Shown here piece after piece: positions 39,117-49,764 of a stretch of DNA of 64,000 bases. A model generated the notes under the pieces. That model made no database searches and was not told where the DNA came from. It saw nothing but the letters and a program-made list of their open reading frames with translations. Source of the stretch: Terriglobia bacterium (GTDB taxonomy: Bacteria; Acidobacteriota; Terriglobia; 20CM-2-55-15); NCBI GenBank assembly GCA_963664115.2, contig CAXWPJ010000012.1, positions 96,001 to 160,000 on the forward strand, given 5' to 3'. The position numbers were made by a program, and so were the translations under genes. Within the stretch, counting starts at the first letter, position 1; every line of letters starts with the position of its first letter.

Positions 39117-40874
39117 GTGAGCCAGGAACTCAGTCTGCGATTCTCCGATACCCGTTTTCTTTCAGATGTCATGGAAATCAACCATGAGATCACCGCGATC
39201 CTTGATCTGGATCCCCTGCTGAAGAAAATCGCCGAAACTACTCGAAGATTCATTCCATACCAGGTGTTTGCGATCTTGCTGGTCGATGAATCGACCGACG
39301 AACTCTACTATCGCTTCTCGATGGGCCATCCCGAAGAGGTTGTCACACATTTAAGGGTTCCGATCGGTCAGGGAATCATCGGTACGGCGGCGCGGGAAAA
39401 ACGCCCGGTGGTTGTCGACGATGTTTCAAAAGATTCCCGATACATCAACGTCGTGGCCGGAACCCAGTCGGAACTGGCGGTACCCCTCATCAGCAAAGGG
39501 CGCGTCCTGGGTGTCCTCGACATCGAAAGCCCGGAGATCGGTTACTTCAGAGATGCGCAGGTACGGATGCTCCACTTGCTCGCCAGCCAAATTGCAATCG
39601 CGATCGAAAACGCCAATCTATACGAAAGTGAGAGACGCAATCACGAGATGTTGTCCTTGCTTCACGACATCAGCCACGAGATCGCATCCACTCTCGACGT
39701 CGAACAGGTGATCAACAAGATCGCCGAAGCGGTCAAGCCCACTGTTGATTACCATATTTTTTCTGTCCTTCTCCTGAATGATGCCGACAAGGTATTGCGT
39801 CCACGCATGGTTTTCCGGCACGCGGTCGAGGCATACGAAAAATTCGATGTACCTCTCGGCCAGGGCCTGATCGGCACCGCAGCGCTCCAAAACCAGCCAA
39901 TCCGTATTGGGGATGTGAGTCACGATTCCCGCTACATCAACGTGCACAGCGAAACCGTATCTGAGATGGTCATTCCCCTGGCATACAAGGGGCGTGTCAT
40001 CGGTGCCCTCGATTTAGAGAGCACCGAGCCCGATCACTTCACCGAGTATGACGAGCGCCTCCTGATGACCTTGGCGACACGCATCGCGTCGGCTCTGGTA
40101 AACGCGGAGTTGTATGAAAAAGTCGCGGAAAACGAAAGACGGCTGGAACACGAGCTCGAGATTGCCCGGGAAATCCAGCGGCAGCTGTTACCGGAGGCAA
40201 TACCCCCGATCGGCGGGCTGGAAATGGCTGTGTCGTTTACGCCCGCCGCGCATCTGGGGGGTGATCTCTACGACCTGATCCACTTCGATGACGGACGCTT
40301 CGCTATTGCCGTCGGAGATGTTTCGGGCAAAGGAGCCCCGGCTGCGCTCTATGGCGCACTTGCCAGTGGCGTGATCCGCACACGGGCCACGCGAAAATAC
40401 CCTCCGGCTCAGATGCTGGAACTGGTCAATCAGACGCTCAAGCTGCGCCCCATTGGAACCCAATACATTGCCCTGGTCTACGCAGTGTATGAACCCGATA
40501 CAAAGCGGCTGACCTTTTCCAATTCCGGACTGCCATACCCGATATGTGCACATGGAGATGGCAGCGGCGTCGGTTTTCTGGATGTCTCGGGAATCCCTTT
40601 GGGCCTGCTTCCCGATTCGAAGTACGAAGAACGCGTCATCGAAATCCAGGAAGGAGACCTCATCGTCTTGTACACGGATGGCATTGCCGAAAGGCGTGAT
40701 CCCGAGGGCGAAGAGTTCGGACTCAAGCGGCTTTCTGAACTTGTTCTCGAGAACAGGGACAAGACACCCGATGAAGTTATCAAAGCGATGACAGATACAT
40801 TGGATCGCTACAGCGGGGGCAGTCCGGCCCATGACGATCAGACGCTGCTCGTCATGAAGATGACCGCAGATTGA
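39117..40874 (+). CDS. GAF-GAF-SpoIIE (RsbU-like PP2C) phosphatase
   Basis: Two GAF repeats (GQGIIG/GQGLIG, SELAVPL/SEMVIPL), GGDLYD, GDVSGKG, YTDG, DDQT. Confidence 0.93.
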   Translation: MSQELSLRFSDTRFLSDVMEINHEITAILDLDPLLKKIAETTRRFIPYQVFAILLVDESTDELYYRFSMGHPEEVVTHLRVPIGQGIIGTAAREKRPVVVDDVSKDSRYINVVAGTQSELAVPLISKGRVLGVLDIESPEIGYFRDAQVRMLHLLASQIAIAIENANLYESERRNHEMLSLLHDISHEIASTLDVEQVINKIAEAVKPTVDYHIFSVLLLNDADKVLRPRMVFRHAVEAYEKFDVPLGQGLIGTAALQNQPIRIGDVSHDSRYINVHSETVSEMVIPLAYKGRVIGALDLESTEPDHFTEYDERLLMTLATRIASALVNAELYEKVAENERRLEHELEIAREIQRQLLPEAIPPIGGLEMAVSFTPAAHLGGDLYDLIHFDDGRFAIAVGDVSGKGAPAALYGALASGVIRTRATRKYPPAQMLELVNQTLKLRPIGTQYIALVYAVYEPDTKRLTFSNSGLPYPICAHGDGSGVGFLDVSGIPLGLLPDSKYEERVIEIQEGDLIVLYTDGIAERRDPEGEEFGLKRLSELVLENRDKTPDEVIKAMTDTLDRYSGGSPAHDDQTLLVMKMTAD

Positions 40875-40877
40875 AGA

Positions 40878-41663
40878 TCACTGCTCCACACCCGCAATCA
40901 CCCGCTCCATTTCCGTATGAATGTGGCCATTGGTGGCAAGAATCTCCTTGGAATCGACGTAAAACCGTCTCCCGTTAAAATCCGTGACACGGCCACCGGC
41001 CGCCTCCAAAATTACGGTTCCCGCAGCGGTGTCCCAAGGCTGAAGATCCAATTCCCAAAAACCATCGCATCGACCCGATGCGATGTAACACAGGTCCAGC
41101 GCTGCGGATCCGGCGCGACGTACGGCTTGCGATTCGATGAGAAACGAACGAAACAGTCCCAGGGCCCGGCCCACTTTCTCACGAAACTCATATGGAAAAC
41201 CCGTCAGCAGCAATCCACCTGAAAGACTGGACACATCGGACACCGATATCGGTTCGCTGTTCAGGAAAGCGCCTCCACCACGGCTGCCGCTAAACATTTC
41301 GTCCCGCACGGGGTCGTAAACAGCACCGCACAACAATTCACCGCGGCGTTCAAAGCCGATCGAAACCGAGTACATGGGAAATTGGTGGGCGTAGTTGGTC
41401 GTACCATCGAGCGGGTCGATAATCCAACGGTCCGATGAATTTGGGGTCGAGACCGCGACCAGGCCCGACTCCTCAGCCAGAATCCCATGGTCCGGATACC
41501 GCGCACGGATTTCACGAACAATCAGTTCTTCGCTTTCGCGGTCCGCCACAGTGACGAGGTTGGCACGACCCTTGAACTCCACACGCTTGTCCCGCGACGC
41601 GTAGTACTTCAGGATCTCACCGGCCGCACGGGCCATGTCCTCGGCAAAACTTAGGAATTCCAC
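40878..41663 (-). CDS. suhB: Inositol monophosphatase family protein
   Basis: VTVADRESE, AEE, WIIDPLDGTTN, GSAALD, WDTAAG. Confidence 0.92.
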   Translation of the reverse strand: MEFLSFAEDMARAAGEILKYYASRDKRVEFKGRANLVTVADRESEELIVREIRARYPDHGILAEESGLVAVSTPNSSDRWIIDPLDGTTNYAHQFPMYSVSIGFERRGELLCGAVYDPVRDEMFSGSRGGGAFLNSEPISVSDVSSLSGGLLLTGFPYEFREKVGRALGLFRSFLIESQAVRRAGSAALDLCYIASGRCDGFWELDLQPWDTAAGTVILEAAGGRVTDFNGRRFYVDSKEILATNGHIHTEMERVIAGVEQ

Positions 41664-42065
41664 TTCAAAGTCTGGCCTGTAATTCGATCCATATCAGTTC
41701 GCAAAGGTGAGACAAACATACGCTGGCGCCCCATCGGTCGTGCTCATCAAATCGGACCGTGGCTTGGACGGATCGCAGCTTGTTGGTTTGAGCCGACACC
41801 GCACAAAACTCCAGTATAAACAGCCTGCCGAGATATCGGTACAGACGCACTCAGATCTCGAGGCCACCAGCAAGGTCGGGCCCGGACCTTGGGTCCGGAA
41901 CAGGAACTTGGAGTCCACCGGCTCGAAGCTTGACATGAAACCAGCTCCAAGCGAAAATCGGGCACCCGAAACTGAATTCTCCAGGCGGCCTGCAAACGCA
42001 CAAGCAGTCGGCGGCGTGGGCAGTGTATATAGGATGAAAAACCAAATCGAGTGAGGGTTTATTCC

Positions 42066-43610
42066 ATGTTACGAAGAGTTTCCGATTTCATCATTATTTT
42101 CGTGTGTGTCATGGGTTTGTCCGCCTGCCAGTCGGAGCTGCCCGCCACAACGGCGATCTGTGCGGAATTGACGTCGCTGACGCTGCCGAACACGACCATT
42201 ACATTGGCCGAAGATGTTGCGCCGGGGGCCTTCAGCCCGCCGGCAGGAGGAGCGGATGGTTTCCAGGATCTACCTGCTTTTTGCCGCGTCGCAGTAACGC
42301 TCACACCCAGCGCGGATTCGAACATCAAGGTCGAAGTCTGGCTCCCGACCGAGGGTTGGAACGGTAACTATCAACCGACTGGAAACGGGGGCTGGGCAGG
42401 TTCGATTGGCTTCGGCCGGATGTCGGACGTCCTTGCCGACGGGTATGCAACGTCCGGAACGGACACGGGCCATGAAGGCTTCACAAGTGAGTTCATGATG
42501 GGTAACCCGGAGCTGCTGACGGACTTTTCCTACCGCGCATTCCACGAAATGGTCGAAACATCGAAGGCCGTGATTGGAGAGTACTACGGCGACGGTCCCA
42601 CTCTTTCGGTGATGAATCAGGCCGGTGGCGCCGGTCGCCAGGCCATCTTGATGGCGCAGCTTTATCCAAACGATCTGGATGCAATTGCGGTGCCCGGAAC
42701 GCTCGACCTGTGGAAGACGCGGTACCACTTTGCACAAATGGCAACATTTCAGTCCGTCCACAGGAGTTCCGAGAGCCCTATTTCTGAAGAAAAGCGAGCC
42801 ATGGTCCATGAGGCGACGCTGGGTGCGTGCGATGCCCTGGTCGATGGTTCTGTGGATGGACTGATCGAAGATCCGCGCAGCTGCGACTTCGATCCAGGCG
42901 TGCTCCTGTGCCAGGGTCCGGACGGTCCCGATTGCCTGACCACAGCCCAGGTCGAAACAGCACGCTCCATGTACCGCCCGGTGATCCATGCCTCGACCGG
43001 CGAAGTCATAACGACCCACTATCTCCGCGGCAGCGAGCTGAACTGGGATTCACCCGAAGAGACACCCGCTACCATCAATGCATTGGAATTCTTTAAGGCC
43101 GCCGTGTTCGAGGACAGATCCTGGGACCACCTGGCGAGGCCTATCAACTTCGACACCGACTTCGAACGAGCGAACAGACCGGAGATGATCGAGGCCCTCA
43201 ACGCGACAGAGGCGGATCTCGGAGCATTCATGGGACGGGGCGGTAAGATCCTGATCGTTGGCGGTTGGGCAGATGCCAGCACGACCTGGTCCGGCAGCGT
43301 GGACTACTACGAGGCCGTTGTAGCCGAGATGGGTGAGTCCGCGCGCGACGGAATCCGCTTGTTCATGATTCCCGGCATGGGCCACATCATGAGTCCAAGG
43401 GGATCCATGGGCTTCAACTTCGACAGTCTTGGAGTTCTCCTGGATTGGAAGGAGACAGGCACCGCACCCGACCAGGTCGTCGTCAACCGCTACGCGGACG
43501 GTACGGAAGTGGGCACACGGCTCGTGTGCGCCTATCCACAAACGGCCAGGTATCAGGGCGCGGGCGATGTGAATGACGCTGCAAATTTCTCGTGCGTTTC
43601 GCCCGAGTAA
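42066..43610 (+). CDS. Tannase/feruloyl-esterase-family lipoprotein lacking the catalytic Ser
   Basis: Lipobox LSAC, FCRV, EVWLP..WNG, GNGGWAG, TDTGH, CDA..DG..DGLIEDPRSC; NQAGGAGRQ replaces GCSxGGRQ. Confidence 0.88.
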   Translation: MLRRVSDFIIIFVCVMGLSACQSELPATTAICAELTSLTLPNTTITLAEDVAPGAFSPPAGGADGFQDLPAFCRVAVTLTPSADSNIKVEVWLPTEGWNGNYQPTGNGGWAGSIGFGRMSDVLADGYATSGTDTGHEGFTSEFMMGNPELLTDFSYRAFHEMVETSKAVIGEYYGDGPTLSVMNQAGGAGRQAILMAQLYPNDLDAIAVPGTLDLWKTRYHFAQMATFQSVHRSSESPISEEKRAMVHEATLGACDALVDGSVDGLIEDPRSCDFDPGVLLCQGPDGPDCLTTAQVETARSMYRPVIHASTGEVITTHYLRGSELNWDSPEETPATINALEFFKAAVFEDRSWDHLARPINFDTDFERANRPEMIEALNATEADLGAFMGRGGKILIVGGWADASTTWSGSVDYYEAVVAEMGESARDGIRLFMIPGMGHIMSPRGSMGFNFDSLGVLLDWKETGTAPDQVVVNRYADGTEVGTRLVCAYPQTARYQGAGDVNDAANFSCVSPE

Positions 43611-43632
43611 TTTAAGGACGGAAGGGGACGGG

Positions 43633-43701
43633 AAGGGGACGGACAGTTCATGCAATATTGTGACTTGGCGAGTGTATTTCGCCTGAAGTGTCCGTCCCCT
43701 T
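43633..43701. repeat. REP-like inverted repeat between convergent genes
   Basis: AAGGGGACGGACAGTTCA / TGAAGTGTCCGTCCCCTT (17 of 18 complementary), with partial extra copies of GGAAGGGGACG just upstream. Confidence 0.6.
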
Positions 43702-43710
43702 TCCAGTATC

Positions 43711-44766
43711 TTAGCTGCGGATTTTTGGAATGACCTTCTCGCTGAAAAGGCGGATGGACTTCTCGGCTTCGTCGATGGAGAGATCGTTGAAGTTGACCTG
43801 AAGCGAAGCGACATCGAAACCGCCGGTGATTTCCTGGTATTCGCTAATGCGATCGGCGATGGATTCAGGGGTGCCGATAAAGGCGGCACATTTCTCCATT
43901 TGGGTCTCGATGGTCTCCTTGGCCAGCATCTCGATCACCTTATCGTAACCGGGATAGTCGACAGAGCTCTTGCCCTCAAGCCACCCGGCAGCAGCTACGA
44001 CAATCGATTTCAGGTAGCGGTTCAGTGGCCCACGCGCTATTTCCATGGCCTTGGATTCGTCCTCGTGACAGAACAAATGGTGCGCGAGCATGACCCGACC
44101 CTCGCCCGGGTGGCCGGCCCCCTTCCAGGCATCCCGGTAAGTCTTGATCAGATCGCCCATCATGCCGCCGGTGAGCGGGATGGCCATCACGTTGTAGCCC
44201 ATCCGGCCGGCGAACTCGAACGACGCGGGCGTTATAAGAGCGGCGACCCAGAAGGGCGGCCGGGGTTTCTGAGTGGGGCGCGGCAGGATGGTCACGTTAC
44301 GGAAGCTGTAGAATTGCCCCTCCTCAGTAACGTTCTCCTCTTCCAGAAGCTGTCTGACCTGCTCCATGCCCTCGGTGAACCGGGCCTTGCTCTCGTCCAG
44401 GCTGCGACCGAAGATTTCGAACTCGATCGGGAGGAAGGCGCGGGCGAAGCCACATTCCAGGCGCCCACCTGATATGGCGTCGAGCATGCCGATCTCACCG
44501 GCGATCTTCAGAGGGTTGTTGAAGATGGGTAGCACCGCACCGGTGACCAGGCGCGCATTTTGTGTGCGCTGGGAGGCGGCCGACAGGAAAAGGTGTGGGT
44601 TGGGCGAATAGCCCCCATAGGGCTGGAAATGGTGCTCGACCGTGCGGATATGGGTGAAGCCGAGTTCGTCGGCGAGTCCGGTCAGATGGAGGCAGTCGCC
44701 CCAGTAATCTACGCCCGATTTGAGGTCGGGACCGACGTCGGGAAAAAATTGAAGACCGAACTCCAT
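43711..44766 (-). CDS. Luciferase-like (LLM-class) flavin monooxygenase
   Basis: ADELGF..VEHHF..YGGYSPNP, LDAISGGRL, PRPTQKPRPPFW, IGTPE; start trimmed to MEFGLQ. Confidence 0.92.
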   Translation of the reverse strand: MEFGLQFFPDVGPDLKSGVDYWGDCLHLTGLADELGFTHIRTVEHHFQPYGGYSPNPHLFLSAASQRTQNARLVTGAVLPIFNNPLKIAGEIGMLDAISGGRLECGFARAFLPIEFEIFGRSLDESKARFTEGMEQVRQLLEEENVTEEGQFYSFRNVTILPRPTQKPRPPFWVAALITPASFEFAGRMGYNVMAIPLTGGMMGDLIKTYRDAWKGAGHPGEGRVMLAHHLFCHEDESKAMEIARGPLNRYLKSIVVAAAGWLEGKSSVDYPGYDKVIEMLAKETIETQMEKCAAFIGTPESIADRISEYQEITGGFDVASLQVNFNDLSIDEAEKSIRLFSEKVIPKIRS

Positions 44767-44905
44767 GACAAACCTCCACCACATCCACAGGCCAATGCTT
44801 TTAGACCCCAAAACTCAGCAACATTCCGCATCCCACGCGGACCGGACAATGGGACCGCACATTGGAGGGTAGCGTGTTTGCCTGAAGGTTTCCAAACCTC
44901 CGACT

Positions 44906-45985
44906 TCAGTTCCCCGTTGGCTCCCCTGCCAATCGAGCGGCAGCACATTCACCAAGAATAGTCAGGTGGCGCAGCGGGGCTTCGAGGTCGACAAACGGGT
45001 GAGGATCTCCGGGATTCCGAAACCGCAGGGCATTGATCTTGTCCTTGAGTCTGTCCTGCGCAATATGACTCGTGATCAGAACATCTACGCGGGCATCAGA
45101 CAAAGTCTCCGAATAACGCTGGGCTGCAGTTCTGTAAGTACCGAAAGCGTCCGCACGGTCCCGGAAATACCGGAAACCAAAATTATTGCCACCCCAGATT
45201 GTCCCAAGATGGTTTCGGTTTCCATCCTCGAGAGGAATCAGCGCTGAGATCGTACCCGGGGTGTGGCCTGGAGTGATGTACAAGCGCACGGTCGTGTTGC
45301 CGAGGGTCACTTCCATCCCGTCGGTCGCCACAATGTCCCTCCGGGGTTTGAGGTCTTCAGGAGCACGATCCTGTTCGATCAGATCCCAGTCGGTCGCAGA
45401 CAGGATGATGCGCGCGCCGTAGGTATCCTGGAGGTGCCGGGCGCCTCCGAAATGGTCGGTATGTCCGTGGGACACGATGACATACTTGATATCGGCCGGA
45501 TCCAGACCGAGTTTCCTCAATCCCGCATCAACGGTCTCCTCGACGCTGTAATCGAAAGTAGCGTCGTACATGATGATGCCCTCAGAAGTCGTGATGGCCC
45601 AGGCCACCACACCCTCCGCAATGGACGCCGTCCGCGTACCGAGGTAATACAGATTGTCGAATACCTTGGCGGGTTCGTCGTACCACACCGAACGCGGCGG
45701 CGGGCCCCGTCGGACGGGAGCCCCCCCAGCTGGGGCAGCCTCCGCACGAGGCGCGGCGGGCGGCGGCTCAAAGCAAAGCCTGTCATATACCCAGCTTAAA
45801 TCCTGCCCCGGCCGGTACGCAGCATCACGGGCAATATCCAGATGGGCCTGGACCTCATCGCTTGGTGGGCTTTGTGGGGCCGCTCGCACACCCGCGACGA
45901 GGTTCACCTGGCCGGCAACGGCCAGAACCGCGATGCCAAAAAATAGCTGCGCCAGATAACGCTCCAAAGTTCCCTCCCCCTTCAC
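44906..45985 (-). CDS. Exported MBL-fold hydrolase, subclass-B3-like
   Basis: Signal peptide, KVFDNLYY, HGHTDH, PGHTPG, TSH. Confidence 0.9.
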   Translation of the reverse strand: MKGEGTLERYLAQLFFGIAVLAVAGQVNLVAGVRAAPQSPPSDEVQAHLDIARDAAYRPGQDLSWVYDRLCFEPPPAAPRAEAAPAGGAPVRRGPPPRSVWYDEPAKVFDNLYYLGTRTASIAEGVVAWAITTSEGIIMYDATFDYSVEETVDAGLRKLGLDPADIKYVIVSHGHTDHFGGARHLQDTYGARIILSATDWDLIEQDRAPEDLKPRRDIVATDGMEVTLGNTTVRLYITPGHTPGTISALIPLEDGNRNHLGTIWGGNNFGFRYFRDRADAFGTYRTAAQRYSETLSDARVDVLITSHIAQDRLKDKINALRFRNPGDPHPFVDLEAPLRHLTILGECAAARLAGEPTGN

Positions 45986-46295
45986 AAAGACCGGGTCCGG
46001 TAATTGAGGTCGCCAGACTCTAGCAGATCCGAAAATCGATCTCTACCGGAAATCCGGAGGATTGCTCCCGACTCCCCCACGCCAGAGCTGATCAAAGCTG
46101 CCTATGAGGGATGGCCAGAATCACCGGGAGACATCAATAGGATGCAAACTTCTGACCGAAGCTGCTGCTGTTATGATAGTACCCGCCTTGACAATATCGT
46201 CTAGCGCCCGGTAACCGTGGGCATCCGCGTTGCCGTAGGTGCGGGGGGTGAAACGAATTAACTGAGGGAATGTCTGAACGAAAAAGGGGTCTGCC

Positions 46296-47198
46296 ATGCG
46301 AATCTACGCTTTGATTGGATTGATTGGAACGCTTCTGTTTGCTGGCCTCGGCGCGCAGCAACTGCCGGCACAAACGGTACCGGCACTGACCGTCCAGGAA
46401 GTCCTCTCCCGGAACATCAACGGGACGAGAGAGCAGCAAATGCGACCGATTCCACATAGGATCATCGGAAACCTCTACTACGTCGGCAGCGAAACACTCA
46501 GTTCCTTCCTGGTTGCCACGCCGGAGGGTCACATCCTGATCAACAGCACCTTCGAACGCAACGTTCCACTGATTCGACAGTCTGTCGAAAGACTGGGGTT
46601 CAACTTCGAAGACATCGAGATTCTTCTTGCGAGCCACGGTCACACCGACCATGTCGAGGGCGATGCGATGGTTAAGGAACTGACCGGCGCCGAAGTGATC
46701 ATGATGGCCGAAGACGTGCCGGGGGTCGAGCGCATAACGCCCGGCGGCAAGCCGCATCCCGTCGACGGAACGCTGCGGCATCTGGACGAAGTCTCCCTCG
46801 GTGGCACGACGCTTGTCGCGCATCTCACTCCCGCGCACACGCCAGGCTGCACGACCTGGACGATGACAATGGAAGCGGGCGGGGAGAACTATAACGTAAT
46901 GATTCTCGGTTGCGGGTTCGGCACCGGTTCTCTGGTCGACGAGGACGGAAGGATGACCGACCCGGTCGACCAGTACATCGCCAGCCTGAAATATCTGCGA
47001 AATATTCCCTGCGACGTGTTCCTCGCCGCCCACGGCCCGCAGTACAACCTGATGCCCAAATATGCCAACGTCGGCCGGACACCGAATCCTTTCATTGACC
47101 CTGAGGGTTGCAGAAACGAGCTGGACAACTGGGGGAAGTTGTTGATCGCCCGTATAGGTCAACAGGTGGAGGCAGCGCTCAGCCAAACGCCCGAATAG
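46296..47198 (+). CDS. Subclass B3 metallo-beta-lactamase-like protein
   Basis: Signal peptide, PHRIIGNLYYVG, HGHTDH, PAHTPGCTTW, CDVFLAAH, NPFIDPEG. Confidence 0.9.
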   Translation: MRIYALIGLIGTLLFAGLGAQQLPAQTVPALTVQEVLSRNINGTREQQMRPIPHRIIGNLYYVGSETLSSFLVATPEGHILINSTFERNVPLIRQSVERLGFNFEDIEILLASHGHTDHVEGDAMVKELTGAEVIMMAEDVPGVERITPGGKPHPVDGTLRHLDEVSLGGTTLVAHLTPAHTPGCTTWTMTMEAGGENYNVMILGCGFGTGSLVDEDGRMTDPVDQYIASLKYLRNIPCDVFLAAHGPQYNLMPKYANVGRTPNPFIDPEGCRNELDNWGKLLIARIGQQVEAALSQTPE

Positions 47199-47318
47199 GG
47201 AGCGATACACTCAAACCAGAGCTGTAAGGAATTTCCAGGATTCGGCTGCAGCGCTTCAGTGAAGCCCCCGACTTCGTAGCGCCGCAACGCATCTGTCCCA
47301 ACTATTGTTACCGTCCGA

Positions 47319-48218
47319 CTATTTCTTCACGACTTTCTTGATCTGTCCCGGTTCGTCGGAGTCGACCATGTAGATTTCGCCGGTGCTCGGATCCCTCGTG
47401 ATATTGTGCGGCGCAGCTTCCAGCCCTGCAATCTCTTCGATGATCCTTCCGTCCTTCACGACGATGAGCTTGGTACCTCGTGTGTCGCCGATGTAAAACG
47501 TGTCGTTGTCATCCATCGTGAATCCCGAACCCATCGTAAGACCCAGCCCGGCCCATTCTTCGATGAACGTGCCGTCCTGGTCCCACACCTGAAGGCGCGG
47601 GTCATCGGAATGACGGTCCAGAACGACCAGGCGACCCATGGAGTCGATTTTGATCCCATGCAACTCTTCGAATTCGCCTGGGCCAGTTCCCGGAGTGCCG
47701 CCGATAATCTTGATGAACGCACCATCTCTGGAAAAATGCACGACGCGATTGTTCTCATAACCGTCCGCCACGAAAATATCGCCATTCGGAGCAATGACAA
47801 TATCGCTCGGGCGGTTGAAGGCATTCCTGGAGCTGTTGTCGCCGGCGACACCTTTCGTTCCGAGGGCCATCAACTGCTGGCCGTCCATGGTGAACTTGTA
47901 AACCATGTGGGCCCTTCTGTCCGTGACCCAGACGAAGCCTTCATGGTCAACATCAATGCTGTGTGTATCCACGAACATCCCCTCGCCCCAGGCACTCTGA
48001 AGTTCCCCTGAACGGTTGTAAACGAGGACGGGCGGTTCCGCTCGTCGAAACACGAGTATTGATCCCTTTCCGTCGGCAGCGACCGATATCGTGTCGCCCC
48101 ATTCCTCACCCGGGGGAGGCGCACCAAAGTTTGTTACTTCGTAGTTGCTGTTCGTTGTCTGTGCGGAAGCAGTCGCGACCAGAGCAAAGATCGCCAGGAC
48201 CTGGATGCAAAATTTCAT
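47319..48218 (-). CDS. Secreted NHL-repeat protein (peptidyl-alpha-hydroxyglycine lyase-like)
   Basis: Signal MKFCIQ..TASA, THSIDVD, FNRPSDI, VADGYENNRV, LHGI, PHNI. Confidence 0.85.
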   Translation of the reverse strand: MKFCIQVLAIFALVATASAQTTNSNYEVTNFGAPPPGEEWGDTISVAADGKGSILVFRRAEPPVLVYNRSGELQSAWGEGMFVDTHSIDVDHEGFVWVTDRRAHMVYKFTMDGQQLMALGTKGVAGDNSSRNAFNRPSDIVIAPNGDIFVADGYENNRVVHFSRDGAFIKIIGGTPGTGPGEFEELHGIKIDSMGRLVVLDRHSDDPRLQVWDQDGTFIEEWAGLGLTMGSGFTMDDNDTFYIGDTRGTKLIVVKDGRIIEEIAGLEAAPHNITRDPSTGEIYMVDSDEPGQIKKVVKK

Positions 48219-48518
48219 TGATAACCTCCGTCGTTCTGCGCTTGGAACGAAAAAGCCTGTACTGGCCACAATATGTGGCGCTGTGATTCATGGCCGTGGT
48301 TCCCGAGTAGACATGCCCAGTCGGAAGCTGTCAAGAAATAATCCCTAGCCGATGCAATCACGAACGAGTTCTCGATGGGATGTCCGTCTCCGGGCCGGAT
48401 GTCCGACGTCGACCCCGGCAGCGGCGCAGCTGTCCGAACATTGAGAGGCCGCAAGACCCGGCTAATCCCCTCCCCTTGGGGTATGATCGCCTTTCGCCGC
48501 TATTGGAGGATGAGACAA

Positions 48519-49715
48519 ATGAAAAGATTGCTAACTTTAGGGTTTCTCGCTGCACTTTTGAACCTCGGCAACGGTCAGGAACTGGTCGCCCAGGATCTTC
48601 TGATCACCAACGCACGCATCATTGATGGCAACGGTGGGACGATCGAGCAGGGCTCCGTCGTGGTCCGGGACGGGCGTATCGCATCGGTTTCCGCAGGGAC
48701 CACGGCGGCGCCCGGGCTGATGGAAATCGACGCCCAGGGCATGACCCTCATGCCGGGATTCATCGACGCACATCGCCACATCATGCGGGGCGACGCGGAT
48801 CAATGGTTCAGTGAACAGGCATCCGACCGGATGCAGGAGTTTCTTGACGCCGGTTTCACAACGATACTCTCCGCCGGTGACTCCATTGAAGGCATTCTCG
48901 AACTTCGGAGACGGCTCGCCGAAGGCGAACTTGCCGGCCCCCGTCTCCTGACCTCAGGCCGCGCCAGTACCACAGGTAGCGAGGAGGAGGCCCGGGCCCA
49001 GGTCCGGACGGCTTCCGAAGCGGGAGTCGACGTTATCAAAAGCAGAATAGAAATTGTCCTGGAAGGAGAGCGTGCCAAGGAAATCCTGATGGCTATCACG
49101 GACGAGGCCCGGAAGGTGGATATACCGGTCATGGTCCATGCTGCAACACCGATCGATATGATCGCGTCTGTCGAAGCGGGCGTCGACCGGCTGGTCCACG
49201 TACCGCACGGGGGTTGGTTGGACGACACCGATGGCGCACGTATGGTGGCCGACGCCGGCATTCCGATGACGTCAACGATAGGATTCGGCGTTCCGGTGTT
49301 CGGGGTGTACGGGGACGACAATGTGCCCCGCTTTCGAAACGGCGGTCCGTGGCCGGACTCAATCCCCAGGGGCGGGATGATCCGCCCGGCCGGAGAGAAA
49401 GCGGTCAACGCCCGCTACCTCTGGGAGGCCGGGGTCACGATCGGCTTTGGAACCGACACCGGGTTTCACCCGAAGGATTCCCTCGCCCACGAATTGCGGC
49501 CGCTCACTCTGGTGTTTTCAGCCCAGGACATCATCGCGATGCTGGGAAAGAATGCTGCGGTCTTTCTCGAAATGGAAGACGAAATCGGGACCCTCGAGGC
49601 CGGCAAGGCTGCCGACATGGTGATCCTGGACGGTGATCCTCTGGAGGATATCTACGACGTGTTACATATCGGAATGGTGATCCAGGGTGGAAGAGTCGTC
49701 GTCGACAACCGATAG
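48519..49715 (+). CDS. Secreted amidohydrolase-superfamily protein
   Basis: Signal MKRLL.., PGFIDAHRH, VIKS, VHA, LVH, GTD, IGTLEAGKAAD. Confidence 0.9.
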   Translation: MKRLLTLGFLAALLNLGNGQELVAQDLLITNARIIDGNGGTIEQGSVVVRDGRIASVSAGTTAAPGLMEIDAQGMTLMPGFIDAHRHIMRGDADQWFSEQASDRMQEFLDAGFTTILSAGDSIEGILELRRRLAEGELAGPRLLTSGRASTTGSEEEARAQVRTASEAGVDVIKSRIEIVLEGERAKEILMAITDEARKVDIPVMVHAATPIDMIASVEAGVDRLVHVPHGGWLDDTDGARMVADAGIPMTSTIGFGVPVFGVYGDDNVPRFRNGGPWPDSIPRGGMIRPAGEKAVNARYLWEAGVTIGFGTDTGFHPKDSLAHELRPLTLVFSAQDIIAMLGKNAAVFLEMEDEIGTLEAGKAADMVILDGDPLEDIYDVLHIGMVIQGGRVVVDNR

Positions 49716-49764
49716 GATGGGATAGCAAAGGGGCGGTTTGGGCCCGCCCCCTGTGTCGACGAAA

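Noticed and set aside
41707-42054. 115-aa ORF upstream of the tannase-like gene
   Set aside because: No recognisable motif or RBS; more likely the divergent promoter region.
46134-47210. 358-aa minus-strand ORF
   Set aside because: Antisense shadow of the B3 MBL gene, common in GC-rich DNA. The same applies to 54516-55328, 63271-63951 and most short overlapping ORFs.
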